A DNA stretch of 64,000 nt from Eledone cirrhosa (lineage: Eukaryota): the NCBI GenBank assembly GCA_964016885.1, contig OZ024753.1, forward strand, positions 13,330,001 through 13,394,000, written 5' to 3'. The notes beneath the pieces were generated by a model. The model worked only from the letters and a program-made list of their open reading frames with translations. It did not search any database and was not told the DNA's origin. Below are positions 59,209 through 64,000 of this stretch, piece by piece. How positions within the stretch are numbered: the stretch's first letter is position 1; every line of letters starts with the position of its first letter. The position numbers and the translations under genes were made by a program.

Positions 59209-62200
59209 ACTTCACCAAACTACTAGCACTGGTCCAACTCACAGCTGTACAGATAAAGAAACTTCACCAAACTATTAGCACTAGTCCACCTCACAGCTGT
59301 ACAGATAAAGAAACTTCACCAAACTATTAGCACTGGTCCACCTCACAGCTGTACAGATAAAGAAACTTCACCAAACTATTAGCACTGGTCCACCTCACAG
59401 CTGTACAGATAAAGAAACTTCACCAAACTATTAGCACTGGTCCACCTCACAGCTGTACAGATAAAGAAACTTCACCAAACTATTAGCACTGGTCCACCTC
59501 ACAGCTGTACAGATAAAGAAACTTCACCAAACTACTAGCACTGGTCCACCTCACAGCTGTACAGATAAAGAAACTTCACCAAACTACTAGCAGTGGTCCA
59601 CCTCACAGCTGTACAGATAAAGAACTTCACCAAACTATTAGCAGTGGTCCACCTCACAATCGTACAAATAATGAAACTACACCAAACTATTAGCACTGGT
59701 CCACCTCACAGCTGTACAGATAAAGAAACTTCACCAAACTACTAGCAGTGGTCCACCTCACAGCTGTACAGATAAAGAAACTTCACCAAACTATTAGCAC
59801 TGGTCCACCTCACAGCTGTACAGATAAAGAAACTTCACCAAACTATTAGCACTGATCCACCTCACAGCTGTACAGATAAAGAAACTTCAAACTATTAGCA
59901 GTGGGCCACCTCACAGCCGTACAGATAAAGAGACTTCACCAAACTATTAGCACTGGTCCACCTCACAGCTGTACAGATAAAGAAACTTCACCAAACTATT
60001 AGCAGTGAGCCACCTCACAGCCGTACAGATAAAGAAACTTCACCAAACTACTAGCAGTGGTCCACTTCACAGCTGTACAGATAAAGAAACTTCCAACTAT
60101 TAACAGTGGTCCAACTTACAGCCGTACAGATAAAGAGACTTCACCAAACTATTAGCACTGGTCCACCTCACAGCTGTACAGATAAAGAAACTTCACCAAA
60201 CTATTAGCACTGGTCCACATCAGAGCCGTACAGATAAAGAAACTTCACCGAACTACTAGCACTGGTCCACCTCACAGCTGTACAGATAAAGAAACTTCAC
60301 CAAACTACTAGCACTGGTCCACCTCACAGCTGTACAGATAAAGAAACTTCACCAAACTACTAGCACTGGTCCACCTCACAGCTGTACAGATAAAGAAACT
60401 TCAAACTACTAGCAGTGATCCACCTCACAGCTGTACAGATAAAGAAACTTCACCAAACTACTAGCAGTGATCCACCTCACAGCTGTACAGATAAAGAAAC
60501 TTCACCAAACTACTAGCACTGGTCCACCTCACAGCTGTACAGATAAAGAAACTACACCAAACTACTAGCAGTGATCCACCTCACAGCTGTACAGATAAAG
60601 AAACTTCAAACTATTAGCACTGGTCCACCTCACGGCTGTACAGATAAAGAAACTTCACCAAACTACTAGCAGTGGTCCACCTCACAGCTGTACAGATAAA
60701 GAAACTTCACCAAACTATTAGCAGTGGTCTACCTCACAGCCGTACAGATAAAGAAACTTCACCAAACTACTAGCAGTGGTTCACCTCACAGCTGTACAGA
60801 TAAAGAAACTTCACCAAACTACTAGCACTGGTCCACCTCACAGCTGTACAGATAAAGAAACTTCACCAAACTACTAGCACTGGTCCACCTCACAGCTGTA
60901 CAGATAAAGAAACTTCACCAAACTACTAGCACTGGTCCACCTCACAGCTGTACAGATAAAGAAACTTCAAACTACTAGCAGTGATCCACCTCACAGCTGT
61001 ACAGATAAAGAAACTTCACCAAACTACTAGCAGTGATCCACCTCACAGCTGTACAGATAAAGAAACTTCACCAAACTACTAGCACTGGTCCACCTCACAG
61101 CTGTACAGATAAAGAAACTACACCAAACTACTAGCAGTGATCCACCTCACAGCTGTACAGATAAAGAAACTTCAAACTATTAGCACTGGTCCACCTCACG
61201 GCTGTACAGATAAAGAAACTTCACCAAACTACTAGCAGTGGTCCACCTCACAGCTGTACAGATAAAGAAACTTCACCAAACTATTAGCAGTGGTCTACCT
61301 CACAGCCGTACAGATAAAGAAACTTCACCAAACTACTAGCAGTGGTTCACCTCACAGCTGTACAGATAAAGAAACTTCACCAAACTACTAGCACTGGTCC
61401 ACCTCACAGCTGTACAGATAAAGAAACTTCACCAAACTACTAGCAGTGGTCCACCTCACAGCTGTACAGATAAAGAGACTTCACCAAACTATTAGCAGTG
61501 GTCCACCTCACAACCGTACAGATAAAGATACTTCACCAAACTATTAGCAGTGGTCCACCTCACAGCTGTACAGATAAAGAAACTTCACCAAACTATTAGC
61601 ACTGGTCCACCTCACAGCTGTACAGATAAAGAAACTTCACCAAACTATTAGCACTGGTCCACCTCACAGCTGTACAGATAAAGAAACTTCACCAAACTAC
61701 TAGCAGTGGTCCACCTCACAGCTGTACAGATAAAGAAACTTCACCAAACTACTAGCACTGGTCCACCTCACAGCTGTACAGATAAAGAAACTTCACCAAA
61801 CTATTAGCAGTGGTCCACCTCACAGCTGTACAGATAAATAGACTTCACCAAACTACTAGCAGTGGTCCACCTCACAACCGTACAGATAAAGAAACTTCAC
61901 CAAACTATTAGCAGTGGTCCACCTCACAGCCATACAGATAAAGAGATTTCACCAAACTATTAGCACTGATCCACCTCACAGCTGTACAGATAAAGAAACT
62001 TCACCAAACTATTAGCAGTGGTCCACCTCACAGCCATACAGATAAAGAGATTTCACCAAACTATTAGCACTGATCCACCTCACAGCTGTACAGATAAAGA
62101 AACTTCACCAAACTACTAGCACTGGTCCACCTCACAGCTGTACAGATAAAGAAACTTCACCAAACTACTAGCACTGGTCCACCTCACAGCTGTACAGATA

Positions 62201-64000
62201 AAGAAACTTCACCAAACTACTAGCAGTGGTCCACCTCACAGCTGTACAGATAAAGAAACTTCAAACTATTAACACTGGTCCACCTCACAGCCGTACAGAT
62301 AAAGAAACTTCACCAAACTATTAGCAGTGGTCCACCTCACAGCCGTACAGATAAAGAAACTTCACCAAACTACTAGCAGTGGTCCACCTTACAGCCGTAC
62401 AGATAAAGAAACTTCACCAAACTATTAGCAGTGGTCCACTTCACAGCTGTACAGATAAAGAAACTTCAAACTATTAGCCGTGGTCCACCTCACAGCCGTA
62501 CAGATAAAGAAACTTCACCAAACTATTAGCAGTGGTTTCCTCACAGCTGTACAGATAAAGAAACTTCACCAAACAATTAGCAGTGGGCCACCTCACAGCT
62601 GTACAGATAAAGAAACTTCACCAAACAATTAGCAGTGGGCCACCTCACAGCTGTACAGATAAAGAAACGTCACCAAACTATTAGCAGTGGTCCACCTCAC
62701 AGCTGTACAGATAAAGAAACGTCACCAAACTATTAGCAGTGGTCCACCTAATAGCTGTACAGATAAAGAAACTTCACCAAACTACTAGCACTGGTCCACC
62801 TCACAGCTGTACAGATAAAGAAACTTCACCAAACTATTAGCAGTGGTCCACCTCACAGCTGTACAGATAAAGAGACTTCACCAAACTACTAGCAGTGGTC
62901 CACCTCACAACCGTACAGATAAAGAAACTTCAAACTATTAGCAGTGGTCCACCTCACAGCCATACAGATAAAGAGATTTCACCAAACTATTAGCACTGAT
63001 CCACCTCACAGCTGTACAGATAAAGAAACTTCACCAAACTATTAGCACTGGTCCACCTCACAGCCGTACAGATAAAGAGACTTCACCAAACTATTAGCCG
63101 TGGTCCACCTCACATCTGTACAGATAAAGAAACTTCACCAAACTATTAGCAGTGGTCCACCTCACAGCCGTTCAGATAAAGAGACTTCACCAAACTATTA
63201 GCCGTGGTCCACCTCACAGCTGTACAGATAAAGAAACTTCACCAAACTATTAGCAGTGGGCCACCTCACAGCTGTACAGATAAAGAGACTTCACCAAACT
63301 ATTAGCAGTGGGCCACCTCACAGCTGTACAGATAAAGAAACTTCACCAAACTATTAGCAGTGGGCCACCTCACAGCTGTACAGATAAAGAAACTTCACCA
63401 AACTATTAGCCGTGGTCCACCTCACAGCTGTACAGATAAAGAAACTTCACCAAACTATTAGCAGTGGGCCACCTCACAGCCGTACAGATAAAGAAACTTC
63501 ACCAAACTACTAGCAGTGGTCCACCTCACAGCTGTACAGATAAAGAAACTTCACCAAACTACTAGCACTGGTCCACCTCACAGCCGTACAGATAAAGAAA
63601 CTTCACCAAACTATTAGCCGTGGTCCACCTCACAGCTGTACAGATAAAGAAACTTCACCAAACTACTAGCACTGGTCCACCTCACAGCTGTACAGATAAA
63701 GAAACTTCACCAAACTATTAGCAGTGGTCCACCTCACAACCGTACAGATAAAGAAACTACACCAAACTATTAGCAGTGGTCCACCTCACAGCTGTACAGA
63801 TAAAGAGACTTCACCAAACTATTAGCACTGGTCCACCTCACAGCTGTACAGATAAAGAAACTTCACCAAACTACTAGCACTGGTCCACCTCACAGCTGTA
63901 CAGATAAAGAGACTTCACCAAACTATTAGCAGTGGTCCACCTCACAACCGTACAGATAAAGAAACTACACCAAACTATTAGCAGTGGTCCACCTCACAGC
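59209..64000. repeat. 52-bp satellite ACCAAACTAYTAGCASTGGTCCACCTCACAGCTGTACAGATAAAGAAACTTC, ~90 copies, runs off the window
   Basis: Direct reading. Includes 49-bp variants and a 566-bp higher-order duplication. Confidence 0.98.

Overview
Eukaryotic animal DNA: AT-rich, dominated by (TA)n/(TACA)n microsatellites and retroelements. The SINE, RTE and Penelope content most resembles an octopod cephalopod, which is an inference. The one host gene I can support is only partly shown by the ORF track. It is a 4-exon, 421-aa multi-pass membrane protein on the + strand (36634-37614, 49808-49876, 57664-57753, 59076-59201) with canonical phase-0 introns. Its architecture and TM7 motif fit a gustatory-receptor-like (GRL/7TMIC) ion channel. 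A 52-bp satellite running from just after its stop codon to the window end is an amplified copy of part of its last coding exon, and its first splice donor is triplicated. The rest of the window holds at least three kinds of Penelope-like element (PLE), about 10 minimal hammerhead-ribozyme motifs, many asymmetric fold-back structures, CR1-, RTE-, R4- and CRE-type LINE pieces, a young ~610-bp bipartite RTE derivative (5 close copies), SINEs, MITEs and a second satellite at the window start. Nearly all long ORFs in the track are simple-repeat artefacts. All alignments and folds were done by eye and coordinates of degraded elements are approximate.
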